From Laetmonice hystrix (taxonomy: Eukaryota), in the NCBI GenBank assembly GCA_965235115.1, contig OZ249436.1, positions 36,768,001-36,832,000 of the forward strand: 64,000 nucleotides of DNA, written 5' to 3'. The notes under the pieces are model-generated. The model was not told the origin of the DNA. It did no database searches and saw only the letters and a list, made by a program, of their open reading frames with translations. The position numbers and the translations under genes were made by a program. Positions 24,675 to 37,726 of the stretch are shown in pieces (positions within the stretch are counted from its first letter, which is position 1; each line of letters starts with the position of its first letter).

Positions 24675-26488
24675 GTAGGTGTCAGCAGCAGGTGTAAAGA
24701 AGCCGTCTGCGCCACTCTGGTATTTTGACGGTAGAAGTTCCGCGATCTGTGCAAGGTTCTCTATGAATGGCAGATTCCTGATGGTAGCTTCTTCACGAAG
24801 TTTGGCTGTAGGAACTAAAGGTTTATTATGATTTCTAGCCCCACACATAAGTACCCAGCACCCGAAATCGGTCCCCAGCTAGGTGCGTTTTAATCAGGAA
24901 GGACGTGTTTGCCAAAATGGTTTGGTAAGACGTCTTTCGCCTTTAGTGAAACGCACCCCAGACCTCCCCCAATGTATCCCTATTCCTACCCCTACCCACT
25001 AATACCATGGGAATGTAACGTTGGAGAACTTAAACCTACAGGAAAAGTTCAAACTATCAATATAAGGGTGTTCAGCATGAACAAGCTTGTTCCTACCTAC
25101 AATCCTGTGATGGTCTGATCTTTACTAAAGAAATAATCAACTGAAATGTAGCTAGACATTCTCCCCCTGGCTTCGTCTGCTTGTCTGCCCTACTTGTCCA
25201 CTAATTGTTATGTGGCCGCCAGGCGGAACGAACCACGCAGATTCCCGGCCAGAGGGCCGTTATTAATGCCGCCGCGATCCCACTTTTACCAGAAACATGC
25301 CCATGATGGCGACAGATTCATTGACATTAAACATTCATTAAACATCCCTTGGGGGGGGGGGGGGGGGTACAGGTGGTGGTTAATGAAATCCTGAATCTAG
25401 TGGTTAATGAAATCATACGTAAGGATGGGGATCTCAGCCAGACCCCTCGGTGTTAACGTTCTTTGAATGAACGTTACTGGAATAAGGAAACCTTGCGATA
25501 AGCTGAGGAAATCTCACAACTAGGTCCACCTGATGTTTACTGGTACTGAATCCTTGAACATGGTCTACTGAATCAGGAAGGGAATCACATCGCGTAAATT
25601 CTGCCATGGCAGAATGTTCAAAATGTGCCACCGGCAGGTAACTCCTTTTTGTCGCATTTCATCATCTACAGAAAAAAGGTCCTTGCTCATTCGTTCATTG
25701 ATCAACATAATCATGTCCTGTTATTGAGCTTAATTTAACAGATTGGTGTAATTCTTAAATGGGCACAATGAAAAAAATAGGTGTGACACAATTAGAATAA
25801 AATGATCAAACCCCCAAAAAATGAGAGAAAGAAGAATTCAAGGACAGCATAGTCAAATCACATGATGGTACTTTTTGTCGTTGAGCGCGAACACAATCTT
25901 CTTTGAAAATTACTCCACTCTTTAAGTACCATTTATTTGAACCGTTGATTTTCAAGTCCCTAGGCCTGAAAATGTTCTACAATGACTGTTTTAATTTTTA
26001 TCCCTTTTTCTGGGCCTAAAGGGACAAAGCTGAGCGTTGTGACACGTTGACTCCAAAGAATTGACCATGTGACGTATTTCATTAGGCAGCCAAATGCCTT
26101 CAAACTGTGTATTGATTGCCTCTCCTGGCCGTGGGTCTGTGAAATTGCTGGGTAATATCAACTGCGCAGCTCTCGGGTATCGCAACTTATAATTTAAAAT
26201 CTGATGAATGTTGAAAGACTACCGTCATGGCTTGAAGGTGCCACGAATTCGTTTAGTTTGAAGTCGTTATCAATTCGGTCGCACACGTTGCGATTTTGGG
26301 CTACGCTATACGTCCCGTCACTTCTATCATGCGGAATCGTAAGATATCGGGTTGGCTGATATATCGCAGCGTATAAGCTCCCATATTCTGCCCTTTATGT
26401 GAAATAAAGTAATGAGAAAGCTGGCACTTAAGGTGAACAAAACAAATGACATGAAACTGATGTTAGAATGTCGTAGCTGTATGTCCAG

Positions 26489-26615
26489 GGGGGTGTTTCA
26501 ATAAGCGCGTCGGACCGTCCTACCGACGACGGACCAAATATTGCAGGCCCTACAACCAAGCGACGAACTGTCCGTCGCCAGTCGGACGGTCCGACGCGCT
26601 TATTGAAACACCCCC
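26489..26615. mobile_element. 127-bp MITE with perfect 32-bp TIRs and CAG TSD
   Basis: cag|gggggtgtttcaataagcgcgtcggaccgtcc ... ggacggtccgacgcgcttattgaaacaccccc|cag. Confidence 0.9.
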
Positions 26616-27533
26616 CAGATGGAGGGTTGTGTTGGTGACGGATTGATATTGTGTCGAACTGCCGCTGTGATATTCCTATACCGTACCGAGGATTGGTAGT
26701 GGTGGTGGTGGTGGTGGTGGTGGGGGGGGGGGGGGGGGGGGGTAGGGGTCGATGTGGAAAATCAAAAGTTATAACGTGCATCCCCAGTGGTGTTTGTGGT
26801 AAACGTCTATAGGTTGCCTCATAGCGACGTCTATGACACTCTCCCGATTAGAACGAAAACGTTTTAATCGTGCATGGCAGCAATAAACAGTGGTTGGAGA
26901 ATGGATGTTTTTTAAAGAAGCAATTAGGCTGAGTAAATTGTCATATATTTGACGCACAATCATCGCAGCTGGCTCCATGACAGTATAATGTTTGATCCTT
27001 TTTATTGCACGACGGCTATTTACACAGAAAGGTTAATTAAATTTGGAAGAGATTGTCCGTGTTTAAAAACGCATTCAATGCAAATACATTGCTGTGAAAA
27101 CTGGCACACAATGGCAGTTATATCCTGCTGGATTATAACATTGTGAAGTTAAGATCTGCTACACGCTTCGCCATGTAAGGATCTTATTCAGGAGAAAGGA
27201 TCAGATTCGAATCTAGGGGGTATTTTAAAACTCAATTTGATTTTTTTTTTCATCCATGCCTATTTATATTCCTATATAAAATTGGAGGGGGTACGAAAGG
27301 GGTAAAGGGCAATTCTGCCACTTTTCTAATTTCCATACTTTCTCACCAGGAGAACTTTCTCCTATAGCTAGTCATGGATAGTCCATGTGGTCACAAGGTG
27401 GTATTGCAAACTAGATAGAATGCGCATATATAAAATAATCTATCTTAGATCAGAAGGCCTGCCTTAGGGTGGCCATCCCAGCTCACCCCATGCACCCTCA
27501 CACACCAAATAATATTTTTTCATATTCCATTAG

Positions 27534-27624
27534 TTGGAGACGAACAGAGTTTTCGAGTAGTGAGTTGCAAGATAACGTCGATGACATCAAAAATCACAAA
27601 TGAATATCCATTCTTAATGGGCGG
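27534..27624 (+). CDS. ZP-domain protein, exon 6
   Basis: ccattag|GDEQSFRVVSCKITSMTSKITNEYPFLMG|gtaagt; phase 1 to 2; the split codon gives G, producing GCG with the next exon. Confidence 0.85.
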
Positions 27625-28121
27625 GTAAGTGTACGATTATATCTGATCACATTGTGTACACCATTATCACAAGTCATTATTGTGTTAAGATTTTGGTTTC
27701 ACCCCAAATAACATTATCGATTCCTATCTGAGCACGCACAGAAATTGGACTTAACATGCGGTTCCAAAACAAAAATGTTTGAGGTGGAACGATTGTAAAT
27801 CGTTGACCTGATAATGTAGAGTATGTCCCAGAAAGTTCAACACAATGATGTAATATGTTAAGTTTTTTTTGATTATTTTATTATTTCAAATGATCTATCA
27901 TGTTGTTTAATAATCTAAAATTGAAATGTGTTCAGTTAAAATTGATGAGGCATTGCTTATATTTTCTCGGGTGTGGAGTGATGGACAATGGCTAATTTGA
28001 ATATAATTACCTACTTAAAACCCCCTTGCCATTGCTACCCCCTGTCCTTTATGTATCGCCGATATTAAACAGTTAGTTCTTCGTTCAGTTGACAGTATAT
28101 AGGACTTGTTCGTGGTTACAG

Positions 28122-28299
28122 ATGTGGATATGGAGATATCATCAGTTCATATCGCGGTTTTTGGACACGGTCGGCCAGCGTGGGCAACGCGGACAGGCTG
28201 GCGCGCACACCTTACTTCGAGAGCTTTGCCCTTCCCGGAGCCCAGCTCTTCACGTTTCAGTGTTACTATACCGTCTGCATGGATACCAGCTGCGATGGG
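28122..28299 (+). CDS. ZP-domain protein, exon 7 (ZP-C)
   Basis: ttacag|CGYGDIISSYRGFWTRSASVGNADRLARTPYFESFALPGAQLFTFQCYYTVCMDTSCDG|gtaagg; phase 2 to 0. Confidence 0.88.
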
Positions 28300-29136
28300 G
28301 TAAGGAACCCGACACCTAGGCTCATACCTTCTCACAAAGAAATCTATTAACTCATCACGCGGACCGGTTAAAAGCTTATCGGCGCCACTGTTCCCGTTTT
28401 CGTCCTTTTGGGATTGCAGAGTAAAAGCCTGATTGGAATACCAGAGGGGCGGGATAATGCACTGAATAGTCCCAGCGGGACGGCACAAATTGTCCTTCGC
28501 AGTTCCATCCTCATTCCCCCCTCACTGTCCGGTCTAACTGTCTGACATTGACCTGCATTCTGCATTGGTCGTTTTGATTGGCTGGGGTGTTGCTTAATGG
28601 AATCGTTCTCGCCTCCTTGTGGACAGAATAGAGAGGCGGGCTCCTTACTTGTTTTGATCTATAGTCCTTAAATATGAAGATGATATGGCTTCCTCTTAAG
28701 AAATTTATTCTCGCGGTCAAAAGTCGTCTATGCCCTGGTTAATATACTAGTGTTGAGAGAGGGGCTTTGACAGCTTATTGGCCTTTTCGATCGCAGTTGC
28801 CTACTTCATATGGTTAGCCTATTGCACAGAGTCAACTATTCCGCAAAAAAATGGCATATAAACACCATGCAATATAACAATAATGGCGTTCTAGCTCATA
28901 AGTTATTGTCACTTCTCTTTTATTAATGTCGACGCCATTGTGTCGTATTCATAAAAGGGGTATAATATTACAAAAGGTATGTTATGATTTATCTTGCGTC
29001 AACATTAGGGTATGGCCTTTATTAGCTTTTAATATTTCCCGAATGAATAGAACAGAATTATTCAGTAAAGGGCGGACAATTATTTTGCCAGAGTAGATAT
29101 CTTTACAGCGGTCGTATACGAAATAATTTCTTGCAG

Positions 29137-29652
29137 CCGTCGTGTAAGGTGACTGAAAGGGAAAAACGAGCAGCTCTCCCTGGTGGTCTCCACAAAGCCG
29201 TGAGTCGCCCTTTCCGTGTCCTGTATCCAGACGAAGGAAGTAACGAAACACTGCTACAACTAGCTGGAAACGGAACGGGTATAGAAGAACATAAGACAAA
29301 CCAATTCAAACAATTGGAAGATTATGCTTCGCAAGGAGGGAAAATCGCTTCTGGAAACGTTTCCGTGACCGTGACAATGTTTGCAACGATTCTAACGTTA
29401 TCCATAACGGCGGCATCAGTATGGATGCTTGCCCTGATCTGGTATCGATTCTACCAAGGTAAACAGGGCATATGTAGTGACATCTGGACCCGTCTCGTCA
29501 ACCTATCGAAAACCTCTGAATATGACGTTAACATCGGAGCAGACGATGTCGAGAAGCCCTCGCCACTGACGACAAACTACACTCTTTCCCCAGACAGCCC
29601 TGATAGCTCTAATGTCACGATTATGAAAACTTTGGACGAGAGCGAGGTTTAG
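29137..29652 (+). CDS. ZP-domain protein, exon 8 (furin site, TM helix, cytoplasmic tail)
   Basis: ttgcag|PSCKVTEREKR...; hydrophobic VTVTMFATILTLSITAASVWMLALIWY; stop TAG; AATAAA at 29711. Confidence 0.88.
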   Translation, partial: PSCKVTEREKRAALPGGLHKAVSRPFRVLYPDEGSNETLLQLAGNGTGIEEHKTNQFKQLEDYASQGGKIASGNVSVTVTMFATILTLSITAASVWMLALIWYRFYQGKQGICSDIWTRLVNLSKTSEYDVNIGADDVEKPSPLTTNYTLSPDSPDSSNVTIMKTLDESEV

Positions 29653-32600
29653 CGGTCTTTGTAAGCCAATCATTGGTGATTAACATGTACTTCCCATGTT
29701 TGATTTATAGAATAAACTCTGCTTGTTGAATGCTTGCAAATTTGGTTGTGTGCATTGTGATATTTAAGAGGGGGTACGGTTATGGTTAGAGTTTGTTTGT
29801 TGAGCGTGTTTTTAGCGGGCGGGGGGGGGGGGGGGGCGTGCCATGCCCCAAAGGTCTCCTCCCAGATCTGTGCCAGGGGGAGGGATCTTCTGCGACCGTT
29901 CCCATAGACGAGCAGACGTACGGTAGCGAAGATGTAAATGAAAGTCTGATCATGTTGGGTGTTGACCGATAGGTGGCGCACTTCTGGGCACTGGTCGAGT
30001 GAATCCGCGAGGTGGCGCTCTGTGACACTGGACTACTGTGACCACACTGCAGGAATAAAAAATGAGGTAATGGGCTCTAAGCGTCAAAAGCATAGCCAAG
30101 AATATTCTAAAAAGAGGTGTGCCTTAAGCACTGAATCGTCCAAGAGATCGCCTAAAATATAAACTGAATATTTCGATTTTCAAAAGGCAAGGACGCGTGT
30201 CTCTTAACTCTTGCCCCCTTTCAGGTCCATGTTTAGTATTTTTTTCTGGAAGACGGGGAGGATGGAAGGAGGGGGGGGGGGGGGCGATGACGCTGATCTC
30301 CCATCCAGCTTAACTGATAAAAGTCGGAGATTTTAGCGTGGAATGATAATTAACCAAGAGGTTCCTATTACTTTCTTGCCAAAGAACATGGGGCTGCCTG
30401 TCAGTCATGCTGTCAACTAATTCGCTGATATTTTTATGACCTTTAAAGAACGGACATTTCCCTCTTTTTTAGGGTAAATCTCCACGTAATTTAAGAAGGC
30501 CTGTCTTGCCCAATCTGTTGCGAAACTCCCGCAAATCTTGGCCAGTGTTTCTCTATTTGTTTTCCGTATGGAGGTAGTTAAATGAAGCTACAAGTTACAA
30601 AAACCTTCCTGAAAAGGAGATAATGAAATTTTAGACACCATGCAGGAACTTGTGAGTTGTAACCTCTACAAACCACATTTATACCGAGCAACAGTTCAAT
30701 TAAAACAACCCCGACAGGTACGAACAACAAACATCTTCTAATTGTTGTTGGAGCACGTTCGTCTGCTGTCTGAAAGCATAGGCCCTCTGGTTCACCTTGA
30801 GACTCCGGCGTTATTCAGTATTAAGTATTGCCTTAATTTCCCTTTATGCACTCCAATGCGTCAGGTCCACAGACTGTTGGACCATAATAATTGTCTAGAG
30901 AAATGGACGCTTTCCTTTTATTCAAACACGCCGGTCACAAGTGGGACAAAAGTGCCTGAGATCTGGGCGTTGACCTCACAGTGGGCAGGTCGAGGCGTAG
31001 AGCAAGAACCTCGCCCAAACCCTGTGACCACGCCATTGCTCTTCGACGTGCAATTTGGCAGTGACATTTTTTTGTCGCTGCCATGCCCTTGTCATCATCA
31101 GCTGTTAGCGTGTAATCCCCCCCCCCCTCCCCAATAAGCCTGCTATCGCGCTCCTCCGATGAACATATTGACTCGTCCGACGTGACTACCGTCTGCGGGA
31201 GTTGTAATTAAAACCGTTTGCGTTCAAGTCATGCTCCTCTTGTATGTGCGCTCAGGGCGTCCATCCGACTGACTGTCACTGACAACCCTCCGAGGGTACG
31301 GAAAGCTTGTCCTCCATACCGAACAACCTAGCAATTGATTTCGGAAGAAAGCCGTTTATATCAATGCCACTAAATGGACAGGTAAACACCAAAGCAGATT
31401 TGGAACTGGGCAAGATGGGTTCCTAGCCGTTAAATGCCGTGTTTAACAGGGTCGGATTCGGAGGGCAGGGAACAGATTGATGAGGAAGCACCAATCGTTT
31501 GGTTCGGAGACCCAATTTGTAAGGCCTGAAGATGTGGCCCCAAATTAAGGACCCGTACCAAAAAGATGAGTAGGTTATAAAGCCTATGGATGTTGAAATA
31601 GTCCGGCCGGCCTGTGCCAAGCGTGAGCCGCAGCTTACCAGAAACTCTTGGAGCGATTTGTAATCTTGCAGAGGAGAATATTTCTGACTACGTGTCCATC
31701 ATGAGATTCTGTATTGTTTTGTAGTATTCTTCAGATTGCTCCAACATTTGCATAGTGATTTCATTTCACGTTTTTAATAAGCTTCGTGAGGGGAATATTA
31801 ATGTAGAACGTTCCATAGGGGCTACACTTTTTACCAAGATTCAGGAAAATAATCACTTGCCGCAGGTCCATGCAATTTGGTTACAGGGGTATTCTTGCCT
31901 GCTCGATCAGTATAGGCCCCAGTTTTTAAAGTCGTACTGGGACTATATAAAGATATAATTTCAATATAATTTCATTACATTTTGCGGATGAGGTATAATG
32001 TCAAAATGTAAACCCCTAATAAAGAAAGGCGTAAATGAGGCGCACCGTTGGGAGGCGAGCCTTGATTGTTTCTCCCGCCTTGCTAATGGACAGCGGCGGC
32101 GAATTTTAAATTGTCATGTAATTAACAGAGACCGTTCACACGACCTGCTGTTGGAGATACTCAGTTTCAGAAATCTGTGGGGATTTCCAGGCATTGGGAG
32201 AATGAAAAATCTCAATCCTGTGCGAAAAGGGCAATGACGTATAATCCTGCCACCAGACTTAGCTTTCTCACAGTCAGAATCGGACCTTAATGCATTTGAA
32301 TTCTGCAGGGACTTGGGATAAGCAAGGATTACATTACTTCCTCCATCTAATCACAGGAGACAGTCGACACCTGACGAATCATTTTCTAGGACAAAAAGCT
32401 TTTTGGTAAATGAAGACGCGAATGATCTCTCCTGCACAGTTGACTTTTTCGTCTGCATCTTATATTACAGAACTGAAGGATTTAACCTATATTCAACATT
32501 CCTCCAAGTGTTAAAAGAAAGGAAAATGCAATGTAATTTATGGTAGGCTTTGTGGAAGAGGATATCAAGAGGTTTCATCTGTACGTAATCATTACGTCTC

Positions 32601-32689
32601 CCCTTTAGGCCGGAGATACGTTTTGATTTTGAGGGTATTTCCCCGTGTGCTTCTTTCCTTTCTTGATTGAGTAAAGCTACTCTCACACT

Positions 32690-33380
32690 TTGCCGGGTTT
32701 CATCCCGAGGGACAACGAGTAATGCCGAGCTGAACTCGTTGTTAACTCATGGTAACTGCATGCTTCGACTGGCCTCCGTGTTCCTCGTATAGCGAACTCG
32801 GCTCAACTCGGATGTAATCGGCATAACTCCGCATAAATCGTGTCTCACTCGTACCTCACTCGGCTGAACTCGTGTCAAGCTCGTGGCAACTCGTACAAAG
32901 CCGACTTTATACGAGTCGTGCCGAGTTGTGCCGAGTGGGCCCAATTTTTGACCGCCATTTATCACCGAGTACCCCGCGTTGTCAAGAGTGTACCCAATCG
33001 AGATCCTCGGCCATTTCTTTGAACATTTTGAGCATTGCATCGCGGGTATTTTCGAATAGCAGGAAGTGACGTCAAATGGCCGAGGGAATCCCGAATGGAG
33101 TGTAGCCTACCGGTTATTCCCCCATGGTAACTTCCAGAAATTTTTGAGTAGGGGTTCGGGTTAAGGTCAGGGATAGGGATAGGGATATGTTTTTTTGGGA
33201 GGTGTAGGGATAGGGGTTAGGGATAAGGTCAGGACTGTGGATCTTTATTTCTGACCAAATTTCGTGGGGGTTAATATACCACGGGGGATATACCAGTGTA
33301 CTAACGAGTTTTCACGACCTTTACCACGACTTTCCAGGAGATAACTCGATACGTAACTCGGCATCAAACTCGGCAAAGTG
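32690..33380. mobile_element. Degraded gccgag/ctcgg-rich non-autonomous element with a nested (ggttag/ggatag)-array insertion at ~33110-33300
   Basis: Dense aactcg/gccgag motifs on both sides of an unrelated G-rich tandem segment; termini not resolved. Confidence 0.4.
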
Positions 33381-35668
33381 GGAGACCTGCTTTACTCCAA
33401 CACCGTAAAGGTCCATGAAAACTACAAAATTTGAACTCCCGCAGCCAAAAGTAACGAATAGGTTTTTGTTTTTATTTCCAGCCTGAATTTGACGTTTAAC
33501 CTGTGCCATGGTTCAGTAGGGTTGTTGTTGCCCACCTTCGTTATTGCCAGGAAAGATCGATTAAAAATATCCCAATTGAGAGAACGTCGCATCTTGGTGT
33601 TCTTTTACTCTGGGCTACGATAAGTTCGACCATCAGTTTCATCCAACCAACATATTTTTGTGTTGAGAATTACTGTCGATTAAAAAAAACCCGTCCTTCC
33701 ACGATTTGCTGTGCCTTGACAGGGTGTCCCAAAATGCATATTTCCCATGATATCAAAATTTATTTTTGAGACACACTGTCCACACAATCACCGCCGGATG
33801 TGGGCGGCAATCTGCAGCAGACGACAGCGCCCCGGGATCATCCAATCTAACATGAAATGAAAAATCATTTTGTTATGGACATTGCCGTATATTCCATCGA
33901 GCACTTCAAAACTCGTTGAAAGCAGTTCCTCTAAAACCCAACTGGAAAAGGACAATTACATGCTTTTAGGTTATCCTCTTAAAACATTTATTTATTCATT
34001 CAACGGACGTATCAATTAAAGTTTAATAGCTGCTAATATAGTAAAGCCAACTTTGCAAACGCGTCATTTTTTGACATGTGCCTTTCACTTCAAAGGTGCC
34101 ACGAAAAAAACCTAAATTGCGACCAAATAGACAAAGGGCACTCGTTATATAGCCTGCTCTCCGGGAGACCCGTTGTCTCATGCAAGGCACAGTCGTCGAC
34201 CAATCCGCTTTCCGAGATAACCTCTGGCGAGAAGTCAGACTACTTATGGTGTTTTCTGTCCCCGACTGCTTGTGCGAGCGGTAAAAGCAGATGTCGTTAA
34301 CATCGTGTCTAGGACTTAATACGAGGATAAACGCTATTTCAATTACAGTTCCCATGAGCAGAAATGAGGTGGGGGTCCAAGGGTGAACTGAAATGGCTTT
34401 GATGACAGTGAAAGGACCGGTCGTAAAGATAGAGGAGTTATCTTCTCGGAACCGACTTGCGACCACAGCTGGGGTCACGAGTCAGGAGTCTCGCGAGGGG
34501 GAGTTTCGTGATAAAAATCGCCAAGCTTGCAGTGACAACTTCTGCACCGTGGGCCGAAGTTTTTATTTCTGGGAAATGGACCATTAATCTGCTCGGCTTG
34601 TCAAATATCCGGCTGTTTGTGGTGCCAGTGAATCGTCTGAACTCTGAGAAACTGCGGCCGAGGGGGTAAGGGGTTGTCTATAACACCCCACCCTCGTCGT
34701 GCGGCCCTTACCTTAATATGTCGGAAGTATTCCACACAGTATACGGTCACCGACGTTGGCCAAACTCAGATTAAATCCTGTGATTTTCTTCACAATGTCC
34801 TGCAATTCATACAAAACTTAATACTATGTTTTTTTTCAATCGCAAATGGATGGTAATCTCCGCCCTCAGGTGCAGAGCTTTCCGTGGCCTTTATCAGAAT
34901 ATGGCAGAAAACGACTGGATCAGGATTTTAGGGGAATGATGTACTGAAAGTATTTGTATGACTCTTCGTACACTGGACCATTGATCCTTTATGCTTGTCC
35001 ATTCAGTGGTGCATGATTTAAAAGTTTCACGCAGCTTTCTATGCTCGGCCGTCTGGGCCGACCGTAAATGACAAGCAGAAGGCGAACAATGGGTGAAGTA
35101 CAATGTGTACATTTATCTGGAAACTCCTCGTACGGTGGGATAAACTCGACTCGGCGTAATGTCAAACGACATTATCATATGTGGTCACCACCACATAACA
35201 TATTTGCACGGATATATATCCTCAATCCATCCTACCCCATGACACGCACGGCCCTCCGTAGAGTTTTGCTATTTCACGGAAATCTTTATATGAAATCAGT
35301 GTGGGCAGGATGGGGACGGGGCACGGGGGACGGTGTCTTGAGCTTTCATAACCGCTGCGTCCACCCATTGTATCCGATTTGGTAGTGGCTGTAGCAGCTA
35401 TCCGAGAACGTTGTCACCGGATGCACGGATTGCTCGAAATCGGTCAAACACGATACAATTGGAGAGAGGACAGGTAGACCTGCCGGTCTGCTGGCCTTCT
35501 CGGCCACATATGGACCGAATAGATGGTATGGAAACCCGCCATTCGGGACGCTCGGAAAAAAGGGGCATGACTACTTGCCCCCCCCCCCCTTTCCTGGAGA
35601 GGTAATATACTCTAATGGTATATGAGAGGAATAATCACAGTCATCGCGGTTGACCTTCGGAAATTATA

Positions 35669-35793
35669 GGGGCGGACCATTTGATACGTGTGGGGGGGGG
35701 GGGGGGGGGGTGCTGTGGTGTTAAAAAATCTGTTCACCAACAGAGAGGGAAGAAATAGTTTGATCATCAAACTACAAATATTTTGATTGCCCC
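35669..35793. mobile_element. Second copy of the ggggcggaccatttgatac MITE
   Basis: Shares the left TIR and the internal tagt.tg.tcatcaaactaca segment with 19628-19844; ends gcccc|tta. Confidence 0.65.
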
Positions 35794-36438
35794 TTAATGT
35801 CTCTAATTCATGTAGAATCGTTGTGATTGGGCGTGGCTGCGTGTGTCTTCATAGACCGGCCCCACTCGGCCCCCCTCGACAGATGTTACCATCACATCTC
35901 AGCCGTTCGGGTCGCCATTTTGAAAGAAGTGCGATCTGACGTCACACAAATGAAAACAAAACTTTCCACAGGCACAGATGCCTGGGATTAGTTTGTCTGC
36001 GCGCTATTGTGTCCGCCTGCCTGTTTACTCCAGTATTCGTTCGCATCGCATCACAAACGCACAGAAAACTGTGCATTACACCCGAGAGTTATTTCCGAAG
36101 CAAGCGGAAATGGCCGAGGGTTTCCGAATGAGACCGGCCCTTCTCAGTTTTATCTCCCTGGAGAACCATGACAATTTTATGCCGAATCCCTTCGCGGATA
36201 CACCTTCCTGTTCACGAACAACAGTAACAACTCAAAGTGTATTAAACAGACAGTGCTCAAACTTAAAGACAAAAATATTTAAAAAGGACGCGGGCTTATT
36301 TCAAAAGCAAAGGTCAAGATTTTGAAAGTATTGGTGTTCATTTTAAACCTAAACACGCTTATTTCTTACTAAACGCCACTCTGCATGGTTTTATTGGTTT
36401 CATTTTAAAGATCACTGCATGGGATGCCAGTCTGGCCG

Positions 36439-36773
36439 GCGGGGACCGGGGTGGCGCAGTGGTTAGAGCACGGGACCTTTGATCCAAGGGTCCTGGGTTC
36501 GATCCGCGGCCGCGCCGGACTTTCCTGCATAAGCAGTGCTGCCGACTGCTTTATCAAAGGCCGGCCGTGTCACGATACGTCTATGTGGAGGGGCACGTTA
36601 AAGATCCCTTGGCACCTATCGATAAGAGTAGGGGTTCGCCCCGATGCCAGGTTTCCTCCTATCATCTCATTATCACCCAATGGATTTCACCGACTGAGTT
36701 AGTTACCTTGTTCTCGCCCTGAAATAGCTGAAACACTGCTGACTGGGCGTTAAACACCAACTACTCACTCACT
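36439..36773 (+). mobile_element. Full-length tRNA-derived SINE with a Deu/Nin-type central domain
   Basis: A box tggcgcagtgg (36452), B box ggttcgatcc (36496), core gcacgttaaagatcccttggcac...taagagtagggg, (actc)n tail, 12-bp TSD ccagtctggccg at 36427-36438 and 36774-36785. Confidence 0.9.
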
Positions 36774-37726
36774 CCAGTCTGGCCGCATGGTGCCGAGCTT
36801 GTCTGTATCACGGGACAAGGACTTGTCCCAACGCAGCGCCGCGGTATGACAGGCGTGACAGGATCATCCCTAACCAGGTAACCTCAGAGAAGAACCGCCG
36901 CCACCTGTTGACCGGCGGGCCAAAACATCCCAGGCTGTCTGCCAATCATTTTGAGCGGGCATGTATACCCTTTTGTGTGGGCAGACATAAAATAAGAGAC
37001 AGTATCTTTTTGCAGGCATCTGACAAGATTATGTCTTGTTGTCCAGAGTTTAAAAATACACACCTTTACCGGTTGGACAAGACGCGCAGCCCTGAACGTC
37101 TCTGAGAATGCACTGGTTACTCGTACACTCCAGGGAAAGGTTGACTATCCACAGCTCATTTCATGATGTGCGGAGGTGGGCGAGTTAGCTGACGACCTCA
37201 CGAAGGAAACTTATGAAATCTGTATCTTTAATCAAATATGGAGGACATTTTAGGTACAATGATAATGCTAGCATTCTCTGTAATTTGCCGAAAGTGCAGT
37301 TCATGATTACAGCAAACAAATTGCCAAGCGGATGTCGTATGTCTCAAGTAAAGAGAAAGCAGTCTCATCTTAATGGAGTTCTCCGGACCTCACGCGCAGT
37401 CTCTTTAAACACTTGTAAACCTTACACTGATAGGCCTTATTTTGTCACGAAACTGTTTTTTTTTTTTTTTTTTTTTTTTATTGAAAAGAAAATCCATACA
37501 GTACATTTAGGTGGTGGTTCTGCTTTTCTTGTAATGAGCCGGGCATCAGGAAGTCTATATAAAGAAACTTGTTGTGATGCCATGTTTACTTATATTTCAT
37601 TGGAATTGCAGATGTTTTGAGCAGATAAAGTAGTTAACACTATTTTTGTAGTGGAATATTATACATATAATGTAGAATCTAACAAAAATATAAAAAGAGT
37701 ACAGTAAATATAACCTGAAAAAGTAT

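Noticed and set aside
33720..33778. 59-bp Tc1/mariner-like mini inverted repeat
   Set aside because: TIR-like ends are present but the flanks are not TA and the element is too short to classify.
36441..36515. tRNA gene
   Set aside because: A and B boxes are present but the acceptor and anticodon stems pair poorly, and the sequence continues into a SINE body with a tail and TSD.
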